DNA from: Chrysemys picta bellii
Taxonomy: Eukaryota
Length of the DNA: 64,000 bases
Reading direction: 5' to 3'
Assembly (NCBI RefSeq): GCF_011386835.1
Contig: NC_088797.1
Location: 74,214,001-74,278,000 of the forward strand
Position numbers and translations under genes: made by a program. Positions within the stretch are counted from its first letter, which is position 1. Every line of letters starts with the position of its first letter. Below the pieces are notes generated by a model, which did not search any database, was not told the origin of the DNA, and saw nothing but the letters and a program-made list of their open reading frames with translations. Positions 25,516-37,402 of the stretch are shown here, piece after piece.

Positions 25516-26863
25516 GTCTGTAATGTGTTCATTGTGAGTATATTCAGTATTCAACTTCAAGCTGTTCCTGTTGGACACTCAGGCCACATGGTATGTTTCT
25601 GTTCTGACTCGATGAATGGTTACAATCAGGTTCCCAATGCAAATACTTGTGATTACAAATACAAAATCTGCTTTCCATAAATAGTCTGCAATATTTGCTT
25701 AAAATTTGCCATTTCAGTGAACATGAATGCCAGCTAACTCATTTGCTTTAATATTCATGGAAAGTGACATTAAAAGGGGTGGGAACACAGCTGAAGTGAA
25801 TTTAAAAAAAAAGAAAAATATGACTACTTGTGGAAAAAAAATTGGCAATGTTCACTCTCTCTAGCCAGACGTCTCCATTCCAGCAGTATTCACAGATGCA
25901 CAGCGAATGGCAGTTTGTGCTTCAGATAGGCAGTTCATCTGCATGTCTGGACCTAGCTAACTGTATGGGTACCCACTCAATACTGTTATGGAAATACTGT
26001 ACAAAAATTTGATCTGTTAAGCTTGTGTGGTTCAATGAGTTATTCAGATATTTTCAAACCTGAAATATGGGAGATCTGATCTAAGAGATTCTGTTTATTT
26101 TGCTCCCATCTAGCTATGGTCTCGAGGAAAAGTTGAGACATGAAGTTTGGAGTGCCTGAATTGCTTAGTAAACGGGAAACAGAAGTCTTTGTATCCAATT
26201 TCTTTTTGATATATTTCCAGATAATTAAGGCATTTTTAATCCAGCCATTATCTTACTCTGGATTTGTGACTTGATCTTTGTGGTAGCTATCGAGGAATTT
26301 CAGTGGAGTCACTGAACAAGCTGCTTTTCAATACCCATCAAAGCTGGCTGTGTGGTATCTGATATCAGATTTGTTAGCTATTTTCGATGAGCTTCATGAT
26401 AATCGTTGGAGAATCAAACTCCAAGGCCACAATTTTCAGAAGAGTTCAGCATACTGCGTGTTGAGATCTTCTCAAAATCTGGCCCCAGTTGTTGAGCATT
26501 TGAAAATCTGTCGCTGAGCTCTCTTGGAACTCTGGTCCCTGGTGTCCTGCTGTCATAGAGAGCACATTTTTGATTCTGCTCTTTTTATCTTCCCAAAAGA
26601 ATCTTGAAACATGTTTTGATTTATAGAGACAAGGCTCTCTCTAGGATGTTTTGGAGATCTATGCTGAGAGCTTCATCCTCCACAGCCCTGCATGTTGTGC
26701 ATCACAACAGTAGCATTTTACACCCTCATTGAATATTGTTCTTCCTTGACACTGGGTCTCAGAAATTTTGGGATAGAGGTGAACGAAAGAAAAAACCATT
26801 TCATTGGCATTTTGGTATGATGGATATTGCTTAGAAGTATGGAATGTTAGTAAGGCCTGGTCT

Positions 26864-27243
26864 CAGGGGTGAAAGTAAGGCCGGGCTGGTACGGGCTGGT
26901 ACGGTGTACCGGTAAAAACTGGCCGCTAGTAGCTGCCCATACAGCTGACTTTAAAGTGCTGCCATGGCAGTGCTTTAAGGACCCTGCTTAAAGCGCTGCC
27001 TATTTAAAGCTCCAGCCGCTGCTGCTGCTACCGCAGCAGTAGCTGAAGCCCTGGGCCCTTTAAATCGCCACTGGAGCCCCAGGTGGTGTGGGCCAGGCAG
27101 CACAGATGGGCTGGCTGGGGGACGCTGACCCCCAGCCCCACCACTTCCACTGAGCCCCCACCCCTTCCACCCAAGGCCCCGCCCCTTTGGGGAGCGGAGC
27201 CGGCCCCCGGACCAGTAAGAGTTCAATTTTACTTTCACCCCTG
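26864..27243. mobile_element. hAT MITE inserted in the left TIR of the Harbinger element
   Basis: Perfect 15-bp TIRs CAGGGGTGAAAGTAA / TTACTTTCACCCCTG; perfect TSD CCTGGTCT. Confidence 0.93.
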
Positions 27244-27340
27244 CCTGGTCTGCACTGGCAAGTTTTTTCGACAAAAGTCAACTTTTGGCGATGAAACAGC
27301 AGAGTCCACACTGAAAAGCCACTTTTTGCACCAAAACTCT

Positions 27341-27994
27341 GGCCTTGGCTACACTTGCAGCTGTACAGCACTGTGAGGTAAACTTGTCTTCGTACATCTG
27401 AGTAGGGAAAAGCGCTGCAGTCTGTCCACACTGACAGCTGCCAGCGCAGTGGAGTGGGCAGACTTGCAACATTTGCAGCAGTGTTGGGAGTGGTGCATTA
27501 TGGGCAGCTATCCCAGCATTCATGTGGCTGCAACGTGCTTTTCAAAACAGGGGGGTGGGGTGGATTGTGACAGGGAGTGTGGGGGGCGAGAGAGTGCTTT
27601 TTGGAGCATGTCAACTCTCTATTTTGCAAGTTCTGAACTCCCGGCCCCCTGCTCATTCATTTACTCACTCAAAACAAGCTGCAAAACTGTTTGCTTTTCT
27701 CTGTGGTACCAGCTTTGAAACCGGCACTTCCGCATTCCTGCAGCTGGTCACAACAATGGAGAGGATTGGCCACTTGACAAGGTGATAAGTACAGCGCTGC
27801 AAGCGTTTACACTCACACCCGTGAGTCGTAGCCACTCCGCTGCAGCTGTTATTCCTTTCGGAAATGTGGAGTACCCGCAGCGGTGTACCCAGGGAGATAC
27901 AGCGCTGTAAGTGCCCTGTCAGTGTGGACAGGGAGTGAGTTACAGCGCTGGGGAAGGCTTTACGGCGCTATAACTTGCAAGTGTAGCCAAGGCC
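27341..27994. mobile_element. Harbinger MITE related to the 31635-35612 element
   Basis: Perfect TIRs GGCCTTGGCTACACTTGCA / TGCAAGTGTAGCCAAGGCC; 3-bp TSD TCT; about 180 bp left and 130 bp right align by eye to the full-length element. Confidence 0.92.
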
Positions 27995-30900
27995 TCTGTC
28001 AGTTGCAGCGCTGTAATAAAACCAACCCTAGAGTCATAAGGCCTTTTGCACTGAGGCTTTAACACTGTAGTGCCAGTGTGAACATCTTGATTGCTTTTAT
28101 CTCTGTAATTGGCCTCTGAAGGTGTCCCCCAATGCCTGGAGTGACCGCTCTGCTCATTGTTTTGAACTCAGCTGCCCTGCAGGCATGCATCCCTCCCTTT
28201 TCAAAGCTCAGTTCTGACAACCCGGGGCGTGCTGTGCAAATAATTAATGTGGAATGCTACTGATGTCTTCCACAATAGAAACAGAGGCAGGCAGGCAGGG
28301 GTGGATGTGTGTGTGACAGTGAGAAAGACTCTATGCTGTGGAGAGTGAGGAAGGGAGGTGGGGGCCTCCCCCTCCCCCTGTCTCAGGACTGGTTGCTTCC
28401 TGTGGCTGTCTGGATTTACGAAACAGCATGCCGACACACTTACTCTCCCCCAACACACACTGTCTGTCTCCCCCCCCCACATACACACGCTTGCTGTCAC
28501 ACACTCTCCTTCCCACACTTCAGTTGAAAAGCAGCTGGCAATGGGATTGAGAAACCTGCATTGTGTGATGCTGTACCTGCCCCATGAGGCATTGCAAACT
28601 CTTCCCAAACCACCCTGCAGTCAGTTACACATTGGGATAGCTACCACAGTGCACTGCTTTCTTTGTCCTTGCAAGAGCTGTTAGTGTGGATGTGCTCCAG
28701 CGACACAAGGAACTTGTGTGGACACACAACAGCGCTTCTAATTAAAGCGCTTTAATAAAAGTGGTAGAACTTTTGGCGCAAAAACTTGCAAGTGTAGACA
28801 TACCCTAATAATGCCAGAATAGATGAGACTACTGATGATTGTACTTAATACACATCTTTCATCTTTGTAGATAAAGTACATACATCCTAAAATAGGCACA
28901 GGTGAGCCTGTTTGGATTGGTGATTTTAAGAATCACACTCTGGAGCCTTTCCCTCTTTCTATAACTCAACCATGTTTTTTCTAGTATCTGAAATGTCTTT
29001 TTAACATGATATCCATTATTTGCAGGTTTTGGCTAAGGCTGGAAGTGTAAGAATGTCACTGTACAAGATGGGTTGTTTTTACATCACTTCCAACTCAACT
29101 AGGAGAGGGAAGTTCTGAAAATCTTGTAAAAATTTGTTCTCATATCATTTCTGGCCAAATTTTCCAATCCAAACTAAAAACACAAGCTTCAACCAGCATG
29201 AATCTAAAGGCAAGTTTGTGCTCAGTGCCTTGTTTATTCTTCTGATGGACTTTTTCCCCATAGAATATCGATACATGCAGGCTGATCCATAACATATGCA
29301 GAAAATCTGCTTTCACATCTCTACAACTCCAGAATTTATTAATACCAGCCCTTCGTTTATTACTCAGGGTTCAACAAATTCTAAATAATAGTCTGATGGA
29401 TCAGTGTGTGATTGACGTGTGATAGACTTACAATACTAAATCCTTATACTTCATTCTGTTTTATGTCTTACTGTGTATCCATAAGCTCATTAGTTTGTCT
29501 GCTTTGCCATCCATTGATGACAGGAAGTATTTGTAAATGAATGAGGCCAAGCTCTAGGTTTTGGTTAAAAATTCTAGAAATAATGTTATTTCTGGATTCT
29601 AAGAGGCTTTACCCTGTGTCTTTGGTATCATCTATCTAAACCTGCTACTATTACATAAAACTTTTCAGGCCAGATTTGGCTCTCCAATACACCTGTGTAA
29701 CTCTGGGGGTGACTCCCTTGACTTTGATATTCTGCGGAGAAAATAAAGTTCTCTTTAAAAAAGAATAGACATATTTTTGCATTCAGATAGCTGGATTGCC
29801 CAAGTAATGCTCTTTCCACTATATTTGGTATAACTTATTGCCAGTTAACTTAACGTATTGCAGTCTCTAGCAATCGGCTGAAATTTGTCGGTATCCTGGA
29901 CCTCCATGTGGAGGTCTTCAAAGTCTTCTGGCTTGCTCCAGGCTTACTTCTGATTTAAGATGCTGGATGCCGCCTTCTGAATTTGCTTCCTCTGTCTTTT
30001 CTCTCTAAAACTAACTTTGTACGTGTTGTACTTTCTTTAGGAAATGCTAATCATTCTGTGTTTCTAATTTTCCTGTCGTGTGACACTCTCTGTCCACACT
30101 GAAACCAATGTAAATTGCTTTACTCCAAGAGTCAGCAAAAAGATCCTTCATACATACACTGATGCTTGTTAGTTCAATGAATGTTCAGACACAGAGAGAA
30201 AAGGTAGAGTTGCTGTGTCTTTTTTCTTTTTTTTTTTTTTAATTTACTTTGTATTCCTTCAAGCCCACAGTAAAGTTTCAAATGAAAGATGCACATGTGT
30301 CAGTTCAAAGCCTCCATTGCTTGATCTGTATTCCCAACAGAAAGATGGACGGGAAAAGGTGGATTGCTAAAGCCTCACTGGAATTTTCTCAATAGCTTAG
30401 CTGAAAAAATAAAAAGGTTTCTTTCTCTGTTTCTGTCCTTTCTAGGCACAAACCCACAGAACAGAGCTCAATTTAAAACAAAACTCATGCTCTTGCTCTC
30501 TCTCAATATTGTCCTAGTATCTTCATTTTAGGTCTCTCCTCAAACATTTTTGTAAGGGGAAAAAATAATCTCCTCTAATGATGAGTAAGAGATTACAGCA
30601 GTCTTTGTTTATCAGAAACTCATCAGAGAGTATCTCATCTGCACACGGGAGTAAATTTAGTCCCCACCATTGCTCAGATCCTCTCCTCCCCCCCCCCCTC
30701 GTAAAATGTTAGTTGAAGAAGCTCTGGGGAGATGATCTCCAGCTACTCTGTGGCCTGGAGGAAAATAAATCCCTGATGGCCTACTAACTGTGTTATTCAG
30801 TGCACATCCTGCCGCTTAGGCCAGATCCTTGAATTTGGGTGTTGTACACATTTGGTGGCTCAGGTTCAGACAAAGTATGTCTGGAATTTTAGAAGTACTT

Positions 30901-31991
30901 ATGTGTTGTTAATCACAAACATGGAATTTATTCATGATATAACAAAATGGCAAATGAAATGGAATACAACTGCAATGGATTTGGTGAATAACAATATGAT
31001 TTAAATTAAATCCTTTGGAATTTCCGTCAGCCTGTCAGATTGCTTAATAAGGCTGTTTGGAAGATATAACATTCCGACGTGCAGTCCAGACCACTGAGGG
31101 ACTGAGTCATCCTTGCCCTGAAACCTTGGGTGCCTCCCAATGCTTTGCTGCTGTAGTTCCCACCTGGATTCCTCACAAACAGCATGCAGGTCACACCTTG
31201 AATGTCTGTGTATAACCACAGCCCTGGTCCAGCAACTCTCACCCCAGCATCCTCTCAGCAACCACCACCCACACTTCGGCTTCCAGCAGCCTTGGTTACT
31301 GTTTCAGGGAGACCCCAACATACTCCTAGTCCTGAATTTTCCCCAAAAAACATATGTTCTAAACTGTCCAGCCCTCTTCTGGACAGTTCACATATTTTAG
31401 GTCCGTTTCCCTTCTAAGGGGATTAATATACAACAGTTTTCTACTTCAAATGGTGTTACCCATACAATTGAGTTTCAACACAACACTGAGTTAGTTTTGA
31501 TTAAACAATCAATTTTATTTAACTACAAAGAGATTTTAAGTGAGTACATGCATAAGGCATTAAAATCAGAAATGATTACAAGAGAAATAAAGATAAAATG
31601 CTTCCTAACACTAAAACTTAATAAACTAGACTTAGGCCTTGGCTACACTTGCAGATGTACAGCGCTGTGAGTTAAACCTGATTTCGTGCAGCTGAATAGG
31701 GAAAGCGCTGCAGTCTGTCCACACTGACAGCTGCCCAGCGCACTGTCGTGGCCACATTTGTGGCAATTGCAGCACTATTGGGAGCGGTGCATTATGGGCA
31801 GCTATCCCACAGAGCACCTCTTCCCATTCTGGCACCATGGGTTGTGGAAGGGGGCGTAGGTGCAGGGCATTCTGGGTCCTGTCCCAACGCCCCATGATGC
31901 ATCGCTTCGCATCCCAGAAATCCCTTTGTTTCCGTCCACCTTTGGCGCCATCTTTCAACGGTTTCTGTGCAGCGCGATCTGTCTGTGGGAA

Positions 31992-33239
31992 ATGGAGCCC
32001 GAACTGCTGAGGCGTATGCTGACTTATCTCGCCAGCACGTCACGTTTGGCTGTCGAACTGTTCCTTAAGATCCAAAGTGACAGTGAGCGTGAGGAGTCCG
32101 ACGATGCTATCGAGCCACGTAACGCGTACGACACGAAATTGCTTGTGGCATTCATTGACATGCTCAGCACCGTGGAACGCCGCTTTTGGGCTCAGGAAAC
32201 AAGCACCGAGTGGTGGGATCACATCGTCATGGAAGTCTGGGATGATGAGCAGAGGCTGCAGAACTTTCGGATGAGAAAAGCCACTTTCATGGGACTGTGT
32301 GAGGAGCTTTCCCCCACCCTGTGGCGCAAGGACACGAGATTGAGAGCTGCCCTGCCAGTGGAGAAGCGGGTGGCTATTGCAATCTAGAAGCTGGCAACTC
32401 CAGACAGCTACCGGTCGGTCGCAAACCAGTTTGGAGTGGGAAAGTCGACCGTTGGAATCGTGTTGATGCAAGTTTGAAAGGCCATTAATCGCATCCTACT
32501 CAGAAGAACCGTGACTCTGGGTAACATGCAGGAAATAGTGAATGGCTTTGCACAAATGGGGTTCCCTAACTGTGGAGGGGCGATAAATGGGCCGCATATT
32601 CCTATTCTGGCACCACCCCACCTAGGATCCGAGTACGTTAATCGGAAGGGGTATTTCTCTATGGTTCTCCAGGCGCTTGTGGATCACCGTGGGCGTTTCA
32701 TTGACATTAACACAGGCTGGCCCGGAAAGGTGCATGACGCACGCATCTTTCAGAACACTTGGCTGTTCAGGAAGATGCAGGCCGGGACTTTTTTCCCAGA
32801 GCGGAAGATCATGGTAGGGGAAGTTGAAATGGCCATTGTGATCCTTGGAGATCCCGCTTACCCATTAATGCCGTGGCTCATGAAACCCTACACAGGGAGC
32901 CTTGACAGCAGCAAGGAATGGTTCAACTACAGGCTGAGCCAGTGCCGAATGACTGTGGAGTGTGCCTTTGGCCGTTTAAAGGCCCGCTGGCGATCTCTGT
33001 AGGGGAAGCTGGACTTGGCCGAAAACAGCATCCCCACGGTTATATCCGTGTGCTGTGCCCTCCATAATATTTGTGAAGGGAAGGTTGAAAGATTCACTCA
33101 GGCATCGACCTCTGAGGATCAACACCTGGAGGCTGAATTTGCACAGCCAGAGAGCAGGGCTATTACAGGGGTCCAGCGCGAGGCTACAAGGATTGGGGAT
33201 GCCTTGAGGGAGCAATTTGAGGCTGAAAACCAGCAGTGA
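31992..33239 (+). pseudogene. Harbinger DDE transposase (415 codons, three in-frame stops, no frameshift)
   Basis: NFRMRKATF, NQFGVGKST, GAINGPHIP (catalytic D to N), NRKGYFS, GKVHDARIF, GDPAYPL, RMTVECAFGRLKARWR, CCALHNIC; stops at 32385, 32475 and 33000. Confidence 0.95.
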
Positions 33240-33458
33240 TATCTGGTGCCCTGCACGGGAGTGAAGTGCAGTAGTTCCAATCTTTAGGAATCAGTGTTTG
33301 CTAAGCAGACTTGCAGTGCCTGTTTATTTCCTGGGCTAAGGAGTCTTTTACTTTATGCAATAATAAAGAATGTTTTCAAAGCCAAAAAATCCATTTATTG
33401 AAAAGAAAAAAAAATATTTATTGAAAAGAAAAAGGGGGTGGAGTGGGGAACAGTACAA

Positions 33459-35212
33459 TCACAGATTCGCGTATGTCCTGTCTGGTGTGCAGTGCAGTGA
33501 GTGCTGCACTTCAGGACAGCTATACTGCATGGTGATGGGGGTTGAGTGCAGAGGGTAAGGGTCATGGTTTTCACGGCTGGGTGGTGAAGATACAGGTGTT
33601 GGAGGCAGCGGGTGGCGTGAAGAACACGGAAGTTGGGAAAGTGGGTTGGAGGTGACAGTGGGGCACAACGGAAAGAGTTTTGGGACAAGGGCTGTGGGGG
33701 GGGTGGCGTTTGCGGTACTGCTCCTCTTTCTGCATGGCTACCAGCTCCTGGATAGCGTCTGCTTGGTGCTCCAGGATGCTTATGAGCCTATCAGTGCTTT
33801 GCTGCCGGTGCGCGGTGCTTTGCCACCAGTGGGCTGCATTTTCCTGGCAGATCCTGCTTTCTCTCTCCCTCCAGTTCTGTGCTTTCTCATTCTCTTTAAT
33901 AGATTGCCACATCACTTCTTGCAGCATGTCTTCTTTGCTTTTTCGCGGTGTCTTCCTGAGTCTTTGCAGTCTCTGTGCAGGCGATAAGAGGGACAGCTGA
34001 GGTCTCAAGGTTGATGCAGCTGTATAGGCAAAATGCAACATTTAACAGAGGCAGCATTGTTTATACCAGACAAAGTAATGATTCCCCCCGCACTTAAGGA
34101 GTAGAAAACACACAGAGTCTACACAATAGCATAATTTTCCCGTCTGAAACAGAGCACACATATCCCACGGGAGCCTCAAAATGGTGAGTAAGGGGGACTG
34201 ATTGTTTCAGGGCTGCACTGTCCTCTGGGTTTCTGTGCCTTGGGGAGAGCCAACAGCTTCAGGGGGCACCTACACTGAACACCGTCCCAACATTTTCCAC
34301 AAGAGTTCGTCGTGGACGATATCTCGCTGCTGAGGTAGACCTGGGAAGCAAGGGAGGGTCTTCTACTGCAATGCGGCTTCCGCCCTGGCCCATATGCAGC
34401 TTGCCTGTGTGCAGCAATGGTCCCCCCGCCCCTCGCGGCACAGTGGCGCGAACACGTTAGCCTGGCTGGGACAAGGACCACGGTGGCTCTCCCGATAAAC
34501 CTCCGCAAGCGCATTGCACACGTTCTGGATGAGACATTCAAGGAGATTACCGAGGCCGATTACCGCGATGTGATAAACCACATCAATGCACTATTCCACA
34601 TCTAGGCATGCATGCCTAACCCTCCTCTCCCAAAGAGCCCACACCGAAAAAATTCCTTCCCCCCCCAAAAAAAAAAAACCCACTTACCGGGAACCTGCTC
34701 TTCTGTTTTACCTCCACCAAGTACCGGCCGCTGCGACTGGCTACCTTCCACCTGTCTAGAGAAGAGCTCCTGGCTCCCTGGCTCCAGGGATTCTGGGGTG
34801 TCTCCATCCGACCCACCACCATCACTCCCGTTTTCCTCCTCTTCCTCCTCCCCCACTCCCACACTGGCTCTGAAGTGTCCATGGTGGTGCTCGGAGTGGA
34901 GGTGGGGTTAACCCCAAGTATTGCATCCAGCTCTTTGTATAATCGGCAGGTCGTGGGGGGAGCACCCGAGCAGCCGTTTGCGTCGCGGGCTTTGCGGTAG
35001 GCACTCAGCAGCTCCTTCACTTTAATCCTGCACTGCAGGGCGTCCCGGTCATGGCCCCTTTCCATCATGTCCTTTGATACCTTCCTGAAGGTATCGTAAT
35101 TCCTACTGCTGGAGCACAGCTGGGACTGTACAGCTTCCTCCCCCCAAACACTGATGAGGTCCAGCAACTCGCCATTGCTCCATGCTGGGGCTCGCTTGGC
35201 GCGTGGAGGCAT
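33459..35212 (-). pseudogene. Harbinger Myb/SANT-like (trihelix) DNA-binding protein, two exons
   Basis: MPPRAKRAPAWSNGELLDLISVWGEE...RDALQCRIKVKEL...YKELDAILG; acidic tract; GT-AG intron 34020-34687 joins in phase 1 (EQVP-AASTLRPQ); coiled-coil-like and Pro-rich exon 2; frameshifts near 34860 and 33700. Confidence 0.9.
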
Positions 35213-36136
35213 GGTCACTTGGAAAGATTCGCTGATAGCACTCCACACCAGGCCGGGCTGAGCAAACAGGAAGGGGATTTTTAAAATTCCCGGGGAATGT
35301 AAAGGGTGGGTCACATGGTTGGTTACCTGAGGCCAAGGCAGTAGAGTTTGAACTGATGACCAGAGTGGCTAGAACAGGCATTGTGGTATACTGCCGAATA
35401 ATTCTGGAGGCCATTCACAGCGCATTGGGCGGCCACCCTGGTGCTGCAGCGGCAGCGCAATACTCACTATTCCTCTTGGAGAGGTGGAGTACATGCAGCG
35501 CTGCAACCATGGAGATACAGCGCTGCAAATGCCTTGCCAGTGTGGACGGGGAGTGAGTTACAGTGCTGGGGGCAGTTTTACAGCACTGTAACTCGCAAGT
35601 GTAGCCAAGGCCTTAGTTCAAGGTGAAATCCTTTACCACATGTTCTCGGTAACTTTGCTGACCAAATTCTCAGCCCAGGATCTGCTCTGAAAGGTCAAAG
35701 GGTGTTTCTTTTTGATTTCTTGTGTGAAAGAGAGAGAGCGAGATGGATAGGGAGAGATACCTTGGGGTGTTTTTATCCATTACTTCATAGTCCAGTCACC
35801 CTTTGAAATGCATTTTCCCGAGGGTTACCCCTCAGTAAAATCCATTCCCTCTGTGAGGTTGGAGTGATGGAGTTTGGTAGCGAAAGAGGTTTCATGCTGT
35901 TGTGTGCTAAGATGCAGATCTGATTGTTCCTGCCACCCTACCTTGCCAAAGAATGGCCACTTCAGTGATGGCCCATCAACTTTGATGACACCTGGCTAAA
36001 GGCATCAGCTTGTCCTTTGTCTTAGAGAAACTGGTCTACCCTGACTTGTTTTTTAAACGTATTTCAGACCTAGTTTCATCTTATGTTTATAACTTTACAT
36101 ATAATGTTACTACACACATTTCATTATAGTATTAGG

Positions 36137-37045
36137 TCACATCAGCCTCGGAAAGACAGAAGTTCTCCATCAACCTGCACCTGGATCAAATGCTTCTGTC
36201 CCGAGTATCTCCATCGATGGCACTCAGCTGACAGTAGTGGAGAACTTTAAATATCTGGGTAGTGTCATATCCAGTGATGGATCACTGGATAATGAGATCA
36301 ATGCATGAATATCCAAAGCAAGCAGGCACTTGGCTGTCTGTGTGTCAAAGTTTTAAATCACCACAACATCCGGTTGTCAACAAAACTGCTTGTGTACAGA
36401 ACTGTTGTTCTTTCATCTCTTTTGTAGGGGTGCGAAACATGGACACTATATAGGCATCACATCAAGCAGCTCGAAGCATTTCACATGCGCTGCCTCCACA
36501 ACATCATGAAGATCCGCTGGCAAGACAAAGTGCCCAATCTCGAGGTCCTCGAGAGAGCCCAGATGACAAGCATCGAAATGATGATCATGAAGTCACAGCT
36601 ATGTTGGACCAGTCATGTTAGCTGCATGGATGCCAACAGAATCCCCCGTCAGCTTCTGTATGGTGAGCTCTCCCAGGGCATCTGGCATATAGGTCGTCCA
36701 CGGAAACGTTATAAGGACACCATCAAAGCCAATCTGCAGTACAGCAGTATCAAACCTAGGGACCTTGAGGACGCCGCCAGCGACAGAACACAGTGGCGTG
36801 CAACAGTCAGAAATACCTGCATCACCTTTGAGGAAGACGGCTGCCGGCGTCTACAAGAGGCACGCAAATGACATCACAGAGCATCAGCAGCGCACAATCC
36901 ACTGACCGCGAACTTCCCATGCACCATCTGCAGCAAAATGTGCACCTCTAGAATTGGCTTGAACAGTCACCAGAGGGCACACCATAAGACCAACAACTGA
37001 TGATCTGCACAGATTTGTCATCATCGGATTCGATGGACTACCAAG
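36137..37045 (+). mobile_element. RTE-clade LINE, 5'-truncated
   Basis: ISLGKTEVLHQP, VENFKYLGSVIS, GCETWTLYR, RCLHNIMKIRWQDKVPN, RIPRQLLYGEL, GRPRKRYKD, C-terminal C2H2 CTICSKMCTSRIGLNSHQRAH, tail ATCGGATTCGATGGACTACCAAGA. Confidence 0.92.
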
Positions 37046-37102
37046 ATTCAGTCACAGAAGGGATATAAAACCTTCTGGTTTAGGGCATAGTCTAACCTCA
37101 AA

Positions 37103-37402
37103 GGGTATGTATATACTAGAAAAAAAGACCCACAGCATCGGCTCTCGGAGTCCAGGTCAAATGACTCAGGCTTGTGGGGCTCATGCTATGGGGCTAAAAT
37201 AGTAGTGTAGATGTTGTGGTTTGGGCTGGCGCGAGGGCTTGGAAACCCAAGTGAGGGGGCATAGTCTCAGAGCCAAGGCTCCAGCCAGAGCCCAAACATC
37301 TACACTGCTATTTTTAGCCCCATTTCGTGAGCCCTGTGTACCTGAATCACTTGATCTGGGCTTGCTGCATCAGGGTTTGTTTATTTTCAGTGTAGCCGTA
37401 CC
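37103..37402. mobile_element. Harbinger-type MITE
   Basis: Ends GGGTATGTATATACT / AGTGTAGCCGTACC; internal inverted repeat GGGGCTAAAATAGTAGTGTAGATGTT / AACATCTACACTGCTATTTTTAGCCCC. Confidence 0.7.

Larger units (their letters stand above)
26854..28805. mobile_element. Non-autonomous Harbinger element hosting two nested insertions
   Basis: TAA TSD (26851-26853 / 28806-28808); reconstructed left TIR GGCCTGGTCTGCACTGGCAAGTTTTTTCGACAAAAGT matches the reverse complement of the right end GGGTATGTCTACACTTGCAAGTTTTTGCGCCAAAAGT. Confidence 0.8.
31635..35612. mobile_element. Full-length PIF/Harbinger DNA transposon (3,978 bp)
   Basis: 18-bp perfect TIRs GGCCTTGGCTACACTTGC; TTA TSD (31632-31634 / 35613-35615); convergent transposase and Myb-like genes. 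Confidence 0.97.
31065..37056. mobile_element. Probable degenerate solo LTR split by the Harbinger and RTE insertions
   Basis: Ends TATAAC... / ...GTCACA with flanks GAAGA / GAAGG; sequence reads through across the TTA TSD (AAACTAGAC-TTA-GTTCAAGG); resemblance to recalled turtle LTR families is unverified. Confidence 0.5.

Noticed and set aside
29948-30004. 57-nt minus-strand exon candidate with GTAAGC donor
   Set aside because: The acceptor lacks a pyrimidine tract and the peptides are not recognisable
31992-33239. Domesticated HARBI1-like host gene
   Set aside because: Intact TIRs and TSD, premature stops and a mutated catalytic Asp indicate a transposon copy
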